Assembly: GCA_020137815.1 (NCBI GenBank)
Contig: CM035356.1
Coordinates: forward strand, 1,612,001 to 1,676,000
Length of the DNA: 64,000 nucleotides
DNA from: Hormiphora californensis
Lineage: Eukaryota > Animalia > Ctenophora
Direction: 5' to 3'
The notes beneath the pieces are model-generated. The model did no database searches. It worked only from the letters and a program-made list of their open reading frames with translations, and had not been told where the DNA came from. The position numbers and the translations under genes were made by a program. Positions 32,956 through 64,000 of the stretch are shown here, piece by piece; within the stretch, counting starts at the first letter, position 1, and every line of letters starts with the position of its first letter.

Positions 32956-35900
32956 CTAGGCAGCAAACATTGCGAACAGATTGGTCATGTTGATTATCGA
33001 GTATGCGTTTCTGTTAAGGATGCCCGTCATGGTCTTGTAGGGCACAGCTAGGACTTGGTCCAGATGGGAGATGGGGGATAACAAGGCCGCTTTTCTCTTG
33101 GCTGGGACCTGTGAAAATATAGTTGTTCAGAAAGGGGAGTCAACTGTTATTGAGAGAGGGGGTTCTCTAATCTCTCTTTTTAGAGGAGGGGTTTCTGGGG
33201 GTTTGATTTGGGTTGCTCATCTGCGACTGTAAACAGTCAAACAGCCAAGTCTCGCCGACCGGACGAGACAGCATAGTGCCGGATCATCCTTTCGGAATCA
33301 CCACCAGATCGATTTCTGTCTGCCACCGGTTTCTGGGCGAGTATTTACCTTTGCAGATAGAGCGTTGAAGTCCACTAGTGATTGTAGGTAGGAGAGCTGG
33401 TTGAAGAGCATCGCCTCATTATACACGTACTTAACCCGGCCCCTGGTAATAGAAATGGGTTTGATAAATTGTCGTGATTATGAGATACAACAAATATAAC
33501 GAAATAGTAAATGATATGATGACACAAATCAAAAGACAAATCAAATCAAAACTACGTACTTGAAACATTGCGGGCACCATTCTGAGACTGGTGTTTGCCG
33601 GGTAGTAAAGCCACATGCTGTGTCTTCACACTTCACCAGGCCACTGTAGTACTTACTGATGTACCTGAGAAGGGACGATGATTTAGAAGGGAGGGGGTAT
33701 CTGGGACTGTTATAGAGGGGTGATGAGGGTGTTACTCAAACGAGGATATACATGGTGACTATTCGGGTTTGACGTTTGTAACGCAGTCACCCCTACAGCT
33801 GCACTAGCAGCCGCTCGAAGTGCAGCAAACAAAGCCCGCGAAGATGGGATGGCATCACCAAATTTTAACTGCCAACAGCTATTCTAATAGAGCTACATCA
33901 TGATTCTCTTAGTACCCACGTTTTAGAGAGAATTGTCAGTTTGTTAGCAATATAACTGCTACTTAGATGTTTGTTGCAACTTCGACACTCAAACCCACTG
34001 GCTACTGGGTTAGCACCCAGATCACACAGCTTTTCAACAGTCACAGTACAGTCACAGAACTGACATGGCAGGGAGAGGGGTACACAGTCCTTGAAACGGT
34101 CCTGAAGTGGGAGAGAGAGGTCAATTATACGAGCTGTTAGATATTGTCAGCGAGATAATTTCTCTATAAGGTAAATAGGGCTAAATTATAATTTTCAGCT
34201 TGATTGAATACCTCGAAGGAAAATGCAATGTTACAAGTTTCAGTTTCCTCTGCGGCCATAGAACGTCGGTAGCTGGTAGCATCTAGTCCCAAACACTCGG
34301 CAATGAGCGCCGCGTCTGTGCCTGACAGAAAGGTTATTATTAAAGCGAGGGCCAGGGGGTGGCAGTTTTCAAGGAATCTGAATCCCCTTTCAGGTGGAAT
34401 GGTGGGGAGGAAAATGGGGATTCAAAGCTTACTGGTCCATCCTTTATACATCCTTTGTAGATAAAGAGCACATCTCTTCTCCTTTACTAAAGACATGTAT
34501 TATAAAAGTGAAGCGGTTTATCGACCACACAACATATATTCTCCTCTCCAACGTTCGATAAAACCAGCGGACTGCCCTAGCCACACTCTCTCTCTTTCTT
34601 CTCCCATATATATTCCTGACCCCCCTTCCTATTAAAGAGTCCCCCAACAAAACAAAACTCCCATGTGGTTAGCGGCACAAAACAGATCCATCTTATTAAG
34701 CAAAAAACACATCAATATAGTAGTTATTAGCCCCTTTTCCCCTCGCTCTCTCGGTCTCCCTCGCTCCCACCGCCATTAGTCAACGCCCTCCATCCCGTGT
34801 GACTGGTAAAGGAGCTATCAGCTAGCTATAAAACCTGACCCACCACAGCTCTTCTCTTCAACCTTGAAGATCTATACAACCTTTCTTCACCACTACTAGA
34901 GGAACTATACAACCTCAGTATCTACCAAGATGATGTTTCTGACCATCCTCCTTGCCTGTCTTGTGACGACCTCCCACGCCACGGAGACCGTCCGAATGAG
35001 CTTTGGGCAGCGTGGTCTTGACTTTGCAGAGGATGTCGCTGTCTACATGACTGATATTATCCGAGATATCATCCTGAACAATATTGATATCCCAGCCATG
35101 ACGGTAAATGGTGCAACTCTTAGCAACCTGGATATCACCCAGATGGACATCCCAAGACCTCAACTGACCATCGTGCCCAACACCGGGATCAACATGAAGA
35201 GCGATGGGATGGCGGTTCAGCTGACTGGAAACTGGCAATATAGCTTCTTCGCCGGTTCTCTCTCTCTATCAGCAAGTGTTTCAGTGAGCGCTACAGCTGG
35301 GATTCAAGCTGACATGTCGAACAAGAAATTCGTGACTGAGTATCGAGGGTGCTCCGTTGATTTCTATAGTTTCAACCTGGACTTCCACCATATGCTTGCC
35401 AATGCGGTGGTGAACAGAGAGGATGTGAAGAACGAACTACGGATTATTGTCTGTGATGAGATAGAAGCAGCTCTCGATAATACCGTCAATGGAGCCGTCA
35501 ACTCCGTGCCTAAAACCCTCGAAATCCCGGATCTTCCTGAAATTAACTTCTCACCGGACCGGAACCCAGTCTTCAAGAGCTCCCACATTGACCTGCCATC
35601 ACGTGTTAGCGCAAAGTCTGACACTAATTTCCCATTCAGTCCGGATGGTATCACAGATGAGATGGATACCAGTTACATGGGGTGTTTCGTTCTATCCGAC
35701 TACACAATCAACACTGCCACCTATACTGCTCTCCCTAAAAACGAAATCAACATCAAGCTACCAAATGACGACTTTGCGACCAACAGCGATCTCCTCAACT
35801 CCGCCTACTTCAAGGACACCCTACCCCAACTTTACAAAGCCTACCCAAACACCGCCATAACCTACAGAATCTGGAACCTGGACTACCCAAAAGTGGAATT

Positions 35901-38900
35901 CGACAGGGATCTCCTTATGGTGGAGGCCCCCCTCAGGATCTCCATCAAGGTGGGTGGTGATGTGATCCTGTCCGTTAAGATGCAGGTTAAGACCAAGGGG
36001 AAGGTGAGTATTAATGGTGCACATCTCTCCGGTGTTGTCGACTCTATTAAACACACTACCACCGTCGTGACGTCACAGATCGGGGATGTCAGCGATTCTA
36101 CTGCCAACTCCGTGATGGATAGCGTTCCTACAGAGGACCATCATTCCGGATGTGAATGCAGAGCTCGAGGCTGGGATTTACCCTACCTATAGATGAGTGG
36201 GTCGATCTAAACAAGTCCCTGGTCCAGACCCATGATGATTTCCTGAAGGTGTGTGCTGACTTTAGTCTGACCGAGTACGCCCTCAAGGAGATAAGGGAAA
36301 TTGTAGAGAAAGAGGTGGCTGCATTCGTGTTTTAAAGAGACAATAAGAAGAGATAGAAGACGATTAGGACTATCAAATGGTTAGCACTATGATTAGGACT
36401 AAAAATGTTGAAGTCTGATTTTAGAAGTTGATTTAACAAATTGCAGTTCAAAAAGTTTGGAACTTCCGAAATGAGTTGTGTTGTTACTGCGTTCTTACCT
36501 TCAATTGGATTACAGAGTCGAGACACCACGGGGTGAAGTTGAGAGGCAAGGTAGTAGTGGTTATCTATCTTCAATTTATCTGGGGAGGGGGGACTGTGAG
36601 GCAAGGTAGTAGTGGTTATCTATCTTTAATTTATCTGGGGAGGGGGACTGAGAGGCAAGGTAGTAGTGGTTATATAATCTATCTTTAATTTATCTGGGGA
36701 GGGGGGACTGTGAGGCAAGGTAGTAGTGGTTATCTATCTTTAATTTATCTGGGGAGGGGGGACTGTGAGGCAAGGTAGTAGTGGTTATCTATCTTTAATT
36801 TATCTGGGGAGGGGGGACTGTGAGGCAACGTAGTAGTGGTTATCTATCTTTAATTTATCTGGGGAGGGGGACTGTGAGGCAAGGTAGTAGTGGTTATCTA
36901 TCTTCAATTTATCTGGGGAGGGGGGACTGTGAGGCAAGGTAGTAGTGGTTATCTATCTTTAATTTATCTGGGGAGGGGGGACTGTGAGGCAAGGTAGTAG
37001 TGGTTATCTATCTTTAATTTATCTGGGGAGGGGGGACTGTGAGGCAAGGTAGTAGTGGTTATCTATCTTTAATTTATCTGGGGAGGGGGGACTGTGAGGC
37101 AAGGTAGTAGTGGTTATCTATCTTTAATTTATCTGGGGAGGGGGGACTGTGAGGCAAGGTAGTAGTGGTTATCTATCTTTAATTTATCTGGGGAGGGGGG
37201 ACTGTGAGGCAAGGTAGTAGTGGTTATCTATCTTTAATTTATCTGGGGAGGGGGGACTGTGAGGCAAGGTAGTAGTGGTTATCTATCTTCAATTTATCTG
37301 GGGAGGGGGGACTGTGAGGCAAGGTAGTAGTGGTTATCTATCTTCAATTTATCTGGGGAGGGGGGACTGTGAGGCAAGGTAGTAGTGGTTATCTATCTTT
37401 AATTTATCTGGGGAGGGGGGACTGTGAGGCAAGGTAGTAGTGGTTATCTATCTTTAATTTATCTGGGGGAGGGGAGACTGTGAGGCAAGGTAGTAGTGGT
37501 TATCTATCTTTAATTTATCTGGGGGAGGGGGGACTGTGAGGCAAGGTAGTAGTGGTTATCTATCTTTAATTTATCTGGGGAGGGGGGACTGTGAGGCAAG
37601 GTAGTAGTGGTTATCTATCTTTAATTTATCTGGGGAGGGGGGACTGAGAGGCAAGGTAGTAGTGGTTATCTATCTTTAATTTATCTGGGGAGGGGGGACT
37701 GTGAGGCAAGGTAGTAGTGGTTATCTATCTTTAATTTATCTGGGGAGGGGGGACTGTGAGGCAAGGTAGTAGTGGTTATCTATCTTTAATTTATCTGGGG
37801 AGGGGGGACTGTGAGGCAAGGTAGTAGTGGTTATCTATCTTTAATTTATCTGGGGAGGGGGGACTGAGAGGCAAGGTAGTAGTGGTTATCTATCTTTAAT
37901 TTATCTGGGGAGGGGGGACTGTGAGGCAAGGTAGTAGTGGTTATCTATCTTTAATTTATCTGGGGAGGGGGGACTGAGAGGCAAGGTAGTAGTGGTTATC
38001 TATCTTTAATTTATCTGGGGAGGGGGGACTGTGAGGCAAGGTAGTAGTGGTTATCTATCTTTAATTTATCTGGGGGAGGGGAGACTGTGAGGCAAGGTAG
38101 TAGTGGTTATCTATCTTTAATTTATCTGGGGAGGGGGGACTGTGAGGCAAGGTAGTAGTGGTTATCTATCTTTAATTTATCTGGGGGAGGGGGACTGTGA
38201 GGCAAGGTAGTAGTGGTTATCTATCTTTAATTTATCTGGGGGAGGGGGGACTGTGAGGCAAGGTAGTAGTGGTTATCTATCTTTAATTTATCTGGGGAGG
38301 GGAGACTGTGAGGCAAGGTAGTAGTGGTTATCTATCTTTAATTTATCTGGGGGAGGGGGGACTGTTTATACGGCTGTTCCATTGTATATTGTACGTTAAG
38401 TAGTTCACACTGCATTTTCATAAAGGTGCGCTCTGCAGAGCCGAACCCTGACAGAGCTCTGTGGGGGTCGACAGATCAAATTGTGTTAGCATGAGCTTGA
38501 GACCTGTATGGACGCCTATTCTAAAATAACACGTCAAAACAACTACCTGGTTGAGCGGCTAGTTCGGATGGATGGTAGGCTCGCTGGGTAGGAGCCGTCC
38601 CAGAGCCGTCCTCGCATATAATATACTCAATCACATCACCTGCCACAACCCTCTTACCCTGGCTGATCAATCGTAGTGCTACCTGTGGTGAGGTGTCACA
38701 TGAAGTGCAGGGATGGTCATCATGGGAAATCATCATGAAGAGACATAATAGTAACTAGATTGGTAGATGGATCTCTCCAGTGTGCATGGTATAATAACAT
38801 CTAGATTATACTGTGGAGATGCTCGGGCCTCGGGGATATGTTTTTGCCCCGTTAATCGGGGTCCGATTATACCTGGACATGAGGTTGAGATTTCTTATCC

Positions 38901-41900
38901 GGGTACTCGTGAGGTGCCTTGGTGAGACTCTTGTTAATAACATACTTCTGTACCGCGACACTTCCTTCCTTCACCTTGACACCGATATCTGAAATGGGGT
39001 AGGGATAGATATGGTTAGAAGATGGACAAAATATATTGTACCAGTGCCTACAATTAACATCCCTAATCCATCTCACAGCTGACTAATATTTTGATTACAA
39101 TTCACAACCCTAAACTCAGTGCCCAACCTGTCAGGTATCCGTGTATCTCCTCCAGCACATCGTCTCGTTTCTTGGTTGACAGGATACAGTCCAGGACAAA
39201 GTTACCCGCGTCTTTAGCTAGATCACACCAATCACGCCGCACAATATCCAGACCTGGTCAGGAGACACATGTGTGTTGTGAAGAATATACCGTCATAGAT
39301 AGAAAATGGGATATTTAATGATAGAGTGGAGTCTCTTGACACTGTTTCAATTTAATGATTGAGGGCTAAAATCTTAAACTAATAACCTACCCTTCAGCTC
39401 CTTCTCCTCTCTGAACCCTCCCTCAGCATTGACATGAAGTGAGATGGCAGCGTACTTCTTCTTCTTTAACAACAACATACTCTTGTACATTCCATCTATA
39501 TCAATCTCCAGTAACCGATACATCTTGTTCACCTCCATCTTCACCCTCTTTCCCATCTCCATTACCTCCGGAATATCAGTGGAGTGAGTATTGATCATGA
39601 TGGAGTCTGTGTCCCCGTAAATAACCTCCAGACGAAGGGAACCCTCCACTAGATTCTTAGCAGACAGGAGCGCCTCCCGTCCCTTAGATGTCACAAGAGC
39701 AGCCAGGGCTTTAGCGTAGAATCTACTGTTACTGAACCCAAGACACCCGTACATTGAGTTCGCTGTTAGTTTGAGCGCCTTCTGCCTGATGTCATATTGC
39801 TGGTACTTGTCCGTACCGGGCTGGACATTCTTCAACAACCCCTTCACATCCTTCCTCCTCTCGACCAACTTTTTGATCTCCACAGGAAGAATCCCCATCT
39901 TCACATCACTACTGGGAATATCAGCGAACCCCTCCGCGTCTGTAGTTGAGGTGTCGACTGTTGTGAAGCAGATATTATACTCCTGGATGATGGAGGGATA
40001 AAGACTGTTGAAATCTAGGAGCAGGATGAAAGTGTCGTAGTAACCCTTCTTAGGTTCCAAAACCAACCCTCCGGAGTAAGTGTCCTTCTTCTTGTTCGTC
40101 TCGGTTCCCTCCTGCTCAGCTGCCTTCATCTTAGCAGTCCTCTTCTCAGGTACAATGAACCCTTCCCGGGTGAAGGCGTGGAGAAGGAGATACTCGTTCC
40201 TCTCAGCCCTACCACCCAGCATGGTTCTCTGCCAAACATTACCACATAGCTTGGTGATCTGGTGACTGAGAGGGATGGCCATTAGCTCGAACATAACACG
40301 CAGATTGAAGTTAGCATCGTTCAATGTGTGGTGGATTGAGTAGAGGAGTTTCTGGGAGGTATCGAACATACAGGCAGCGTGCTCTGGGGTAAACTCCTCC
40401 CTGTTTTCCCGGAGGATGATCTTAGCAAACTCGGTGATGTCGTATTTACGAAGACGAATGAGTTCTTTACAGGATATCTTGGTATCAGCTACCAATCTAC
40501 CCGCCATGGCTCCAGCTCCGACTAACCCGAGAACACCAAATGATTTGGGGAGGGAGCTCCGTTTGAAGCGGGATACCCGGGACCAATGGGGAATCTTCAC
40601 TGCAACCAACCGATGAAGCAGAACATCGATATCAAAGATACTGTCATACCCCACAATTATATCAGGATCAATTCGCTGGAACTTAGCGACGAACCATCCC
40701 AACATAGATCGCTCATTCTTGAAGACCTCGATATTAGTTCCAGATTCTTTAGCAACTTTTTCAAAATCGTACGGGTAGACGAGGTTGTTAGTGGGGGCAA
40801 TAGCAGCAAAATGGTGCTCATACACTGGCTTTGGAGACGTTTTGTCAACGTAAAACTTGCTTTGAACCAGACCAGCAATGGAAACAATTTCATTTGCATG
40901 AGTTTTAGGATTCAGCATGGTCTTGAGACTCAGAGATATCACGGTGAGAGGCGGGGGAGGTTTCTCCTCAGCATCAATAATCACATCGTTCACGTTCTCA
41001 ACCGAGAGTTCAAATGTAGACCATGTTGAATGGTGTCGAGGTTTTACTGCGTTTTTCACATTAATCCAGGAAGGCCCTTTCAGTTTCTTCTGCAAGATGA
41101 AACTCTCCAACGCAGACTGGTTTGCACCAAATACTCGGGAGAAAGTTTTACCTTCCAGATCGTGCGGGAGAGGTTTCAAGTCGGCTGCATACCGTACTTC
41201 AAGGTACTCCGACTCGAATGGAACATCAACACCCTTACAGGACCATGCAAACTTCTTTGTAGACGGTTTAGACTGGAACTTCTCAATCTTAAACCTCGGG
41301 GCTATCTCATTATCGAACTCATTGTATACATCGACCATCTTTACCTCCTCTCCCGTGTCCCGGTGGGTATCTCTGGGCAACACAAACACATTCCGGGGGA
41401 CCTTCTGTACAGCCACTGTTGCACTGGTGAATTTCCCCGGGCTCACCTCAACCTTGCCCACCAGGTAAACTGTTCCAGGGTTATGGAACGGGTTTTCATA
41501 GATATCTAAGTAGTACATGGAGAGCATTTCAACACCGTCAACGGTCACTTTTGGACAGTTTGTCTTGTCGAATGTAGCAGCGGCATCTGTCGTGGTTTTA
41601 GCATCTGGCTGGTCAACAAACGTGGAGTTGGAGAATGTTGAAAAAACTGGTTCTAGCTTCGGTTTTGGCTCCTCCTTGGGCTCAGCTTTCACTTTTGGAG
41701 CCTCGATTGAGATGTTTTGGATGGTGGCATCGTCAAAATCATCCATAGCAGCATCCATTGAGTCCTCAGCCGGGGGAGGAACAAACTTGGGTTCCTCGGC
41801 TGGGGTGCTCTGGAAGGGGATATCAGGGAGGTCATCCATCATGTCCATAACCTCTGTCTTTACTTGCTTTGGAGTTGATTTCTTCTGGAGAATCCTAGGA

Positions 41901-42753
41901 GAGAAATAGAGGGGTTATCAATTAGATATAATAGAGTAAGAATAGACAAAGTATATCAGAGGAATAGGAAAAAGGAAAATAGATTTCTGAACTGCACGGA
42001 TTTTTATTTCTCTTACTTTGTCGGAGCAGGTCTGATGGGTTGCTGTTTAGATTGCTTAATACTACTTGACGATTGGACAGATGGGGCTGGTCTTGAGCTT
42101 GGGTTGATGGTGTGTGCTGCACTTATGTTAGGTTTATCGAGTCCTGTCAGCAGCTCATCAAGAAGAGAATCCGTTCCTATGGGGGAATGTGTTTCAAGTG
42201 GATAGTGCCGACCGCGGTGGAAGTGAAAAACAAAAAAAATCTTCATAAAATTCTTACCAAGAGATTTGATTTCCTTCTGGGGTTTTCCTTTGTTCTTGGA
42301 CAGCATGTGAGCGATATTTCCACTACCAGGTGCCTTCACATGACTACTCTTCTTTTTCTTTTTCCCATCCCGGCCGCCGGGCCCGTATTCCTCGCTCCAG
42401 TCCACCTGCTCCTCGTCAAATATCTCTCTACCAGTATCTGCATAACCAGATCCCTTTATATCACCAACTATAAACTCATCCTTGAGACGATCGTTAACAA
42501 TTTCGGCATACTGGTCCTCAGACACAATGTCGTATATCGCTTCTTCGTCCTGGTAAAAAGTAGATTTGGATCACAAACGAGAAATTTAGATTCGGAAGAC
42601 ATGGGACAGGAAAGAGGCAAAACATCAATATACCTCGACGTTGTCAATAGCTCGAGATTCACCCGCTCTGGCTGCTTTTAGTCTTTCAATTGCACTTAGA
42701 TTCACTCCCCGCTTTTTTCGCTCCCGTTTGGAGTAGTCTCTTGAATCAGACAT
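32956..42753 (-). CDS. POLA1: DNA polymerase alpha catalytic subunit (B family, with C-terminal zinc-binding domain)
   Basis: Exons ~42635-42753, 42258-42550, 42016-42176, 39391-41895, 39128-39253, 38873-38987, 38547-38682, 36499-36579, 34212-34321, 33920-34101, 33557-33663, 33349-33442, 32956-33108. Motifs [69 protein letters not shown], and the C-terminus [11 protein letters not shown]. Confidence 0.96.
34827..34833 (+). promoter_or_regulatory. TATA box of the nested BPI/LBP-like gene
   Basis: TATAAAA ~100 bp upstream of the ATG at 34930. Confidence 0.5.
34930..36335 (+). CDS. Secreted BPI/LBP/CETP/PLTP-family (TULIP) lipid-binding protein; intronless and nested; two apparent 1-nt frameshifts near the C-terminus
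   Basis: Signal peptide [27 protein letters not shown] motif, conserved Cys pair (GCSVD / IVCDEI), and [25 protein letters not shown]. The family C-terminus ([39 protein letters not shown]) continues in shifted frames past 36120 and 36180 to TAA at 36335. Confidence 0.85.
36542..38365 (-). repeat. 55-bp minisatellite, ~33 copies, built from a POLA1 splice acceptor plus exon start
   Basis: Minus-strand unit CAGTCCCCCCTCCCCAG|ATAAATTAAAGATAGATAACCACTACTACCTTGCCTCA. The last copy runs into the real exon 36499-36579. Confidence 0.97.
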
Positions 42754-42996
42754 CCTTTGAAATTGTCTTTGTAACTTTGTGACGGCATTAAATCTACACA
42801 TACTCAAACGGAAGCACAAAACTGAGGAAAGACAATTCGAATGGGCGTGGAAAGAGCTCGCTAACCCCAACCCAATTCCGAACGGTGAACCCCACGGCCC
42901 ACCCCTAACCGGCTAACCCTAAACCTACTTATGCCCTAACCCTAAAAACTTTAAGTTCTGACACTCAGGGAGGGTAGATTCTAACGTTTACGCTAA

Positions 42997-43280
42997 GAGA
43001 GGGCTGCAGCGCATTCCAATTCTTTAACGTTTGTTGTTTGCCTTGGCATACGTTGCAGCGCATTCCAATTGTTTGCCGTAAAATTTTGGTTTGATGACAA
43101 TTTTTGTGGTTCGCAAAATTTGTCGTGAGTAAAATATGGGGTGCGCGGCACAGTCTTTTGATTTGCGCGTTAGACTAACGCGCAGCGCGCTGCGTTTTTT
43201 GGTGCAGCTCAGAATTTTTACTTTTCGAACAAAAAGTTTGACAAAAAGTAAAAAGTTTTGGAATGCGCTGCAGCCCCCTC
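42997..43280. repeat. Inverted repeat GGGCTGCAGCGCATTCCAA (possible MITE) in the POLA1 upstream region
   Basis: Motif at 43001 (partial copy at 43055), reverse complement at 43259-43277. No matching TSD found. Confidence 0.5.
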
Positions 43281-43544
43281 ATGCGCGCACCCCCGCAACG
43301 AGGGGACTGGAGGGAATGCCGCGCGCGCGTTTGGCCTGATCCCGGCTGGGTCGAAGATAACTTTGCGGTCGAAAAAACGGCGGTGCTTATAACTTTGGCT
43401 CCTGAAATCCGTTTGACTTGATTCTTTCACCAGTTGTTAGATCTGACGATTATCTACCTTGCTGTTTTTGAGAGAAGTTAATTGGACTTAAGGAGGCTGA
43501 GCAATAGCCGTTGAAAGATGGGTTGTTTTCAAAAAGTGACGTCA

Positions 43545-43811
43545 CAGATTCTTGCAGGGACACCTTTTTTAAAATTTCATTCAAATTTTGATTTTACCGC
43601 ACTCGATTTTGCGGAGTTTGGTTCATATCTCCTGTTCCTGATAAGATAGAGACCTGAAACCGGTTGCATTTGAAAGCTGTTATCTTCCTCTTTCCAACGC
43701 TACCAAAACGATTTCTGTACCTTATCTGGAACCGGAGATATGATTGATTATGTATTCCCCCCTAGCGCGGTATTCCCTCCAGGCCCCTTATATTATATTA
43801 TAAGGGGCCTG
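43545..43811. mobile_element. Probable non-autonomous element end with a terminal palindrome
   Basis: Hairpin CAGGCCCCTTATA-TTATAT-TATAAGGGGCCTG at 43780-43811, preceded by sequence resembling non-autonomous DNA elements. The boundary is uncertain. Confidence 0.35.
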
Positions 43812-44078
43812 CAACGTATGCCAATAAAAAGTTTGAATCTGAAAAGTGAAATTATTTTCCCGTTTCCGAGTCATATTTGCTGTGTGTTTTACAGTATCAC
43901 GCATGATGATCATTTACAAAGCGAGTTTTGATCGGAAGGACAATTTTTGAACCATAATAATGTTCAAGCGCGCCCAAGAGCGCACCACATCCATTTCATT
44001 TTCCAGAAGAGACCACTCCTTGGATGGGGTGCACTCTTGCATTGTTCGACCCTCCCAATTTTTCACAATTTTAGACCA

Positions 44079-63614
<19,536 letters not shown>

Positions 63615-64000
63615 GTAGGGGAGTTAGGGGAGTGAGGTAGGTGAGGTAGGTGTAAAGGATGAGTATAAGGAAGATATGGGTATGAAGTACATAGTAGGTG
63701 AGATAGGGAAGTTATGTTGCGTGATCTGTGTATGTCACTTTAACCACTGTATCTGATACATGATAAGGAAGAGTACATGGGTGATTTTATGAAGTTAGAT
63801 AGTGCTAGCTGAGGGGATTTTAACTCTGCTGGTGGTCGTTATCTCCAAATTTAGCTGAAGTTTCTGTTATTTCCAGTTTATACTCCCCCATATATTATTA
63901 TGTGGGAAAGTTTTAAAAGATTCTCTTTTCCGGAGAACGGAAGTATTCAACGTAATACACCCTCTAACTACATTAACTACTCACAATTAGGCTAGTTCTC

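Noticed and set aside
32956-34321. A separate small zinc-finger gene downstream of the BPI gene
   Set aside because: These exons are the phase-compatible C-terminal domain of POLA1.
36542-38365. CRISPR array or coding repeat
   Set aside because: No spacers. The 55-bp unit is not a multiple of three and contains a stop in the POLA1 frame.
39771-41909. Plus-strand ORFs overlapping POLA1 (likewise those antisense to ADAR, the BPI gene and the RT)
   Set aside because: Shadow ORFs of real coding sequence on the opposite strand.
42860-42945. Interstitial telomere
   Set aside because: Only a few degenerate, non-contiguous CCCTAA units.

Overview
Eukaryotic (metazoan) genomic DNA, intron-rich and full of AG/CT microsatellites. 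An early-branching invertebrate such as a ctenophore is my guess, not something the sequence proves. Six protein-coding genes can be assembled from GT-AG exons: (1) an ACAP/APPL-type BAR-domain gene (-, ~3006-5581); (2) an ADAR1-type RNA-editing deaminase with two winged-helix (Z-alpha-like) domains and one dsRBD (-, 6152-9179); (3) a kinesin-3 KIF1A/unc-104 (+, 10024-31839), head-to-head with the ADAR; (4) DNA polymerase alpha catalytic subunit (-, 32956-42753); (5) an intronless BPI/LBP-family gene nested antisense in a POLA1 intron (+, 34930-~36335); (6) a SAM/Pro-rich/PH (ARAP-like) gene (+, 44079 to beyond the window). Introns hold a rearranged piggyBac derivative, several MITEs, a 6.7-kb 41/43-bp satellite, and a TTAA-flanked foldback element carrying a nearly intact CRE-clade RT/RLE retrotransposon. 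Main observations: the ADAR naturally has Gln at the base-flipping residue (the engineered hyperactive E488Q/E1008Q change). Splice sites are repeatedly duplicated, most strikingly ~33 tandem copies of a POLA1 acceptor plus exon start, of which only the last is productive, and a MITE whose target-site duplication is a kinesin acceptor. The RT element sits inside the terminal repeat of a DNA transposon. Exon coordinates are read by eye and may be off by a few bases.
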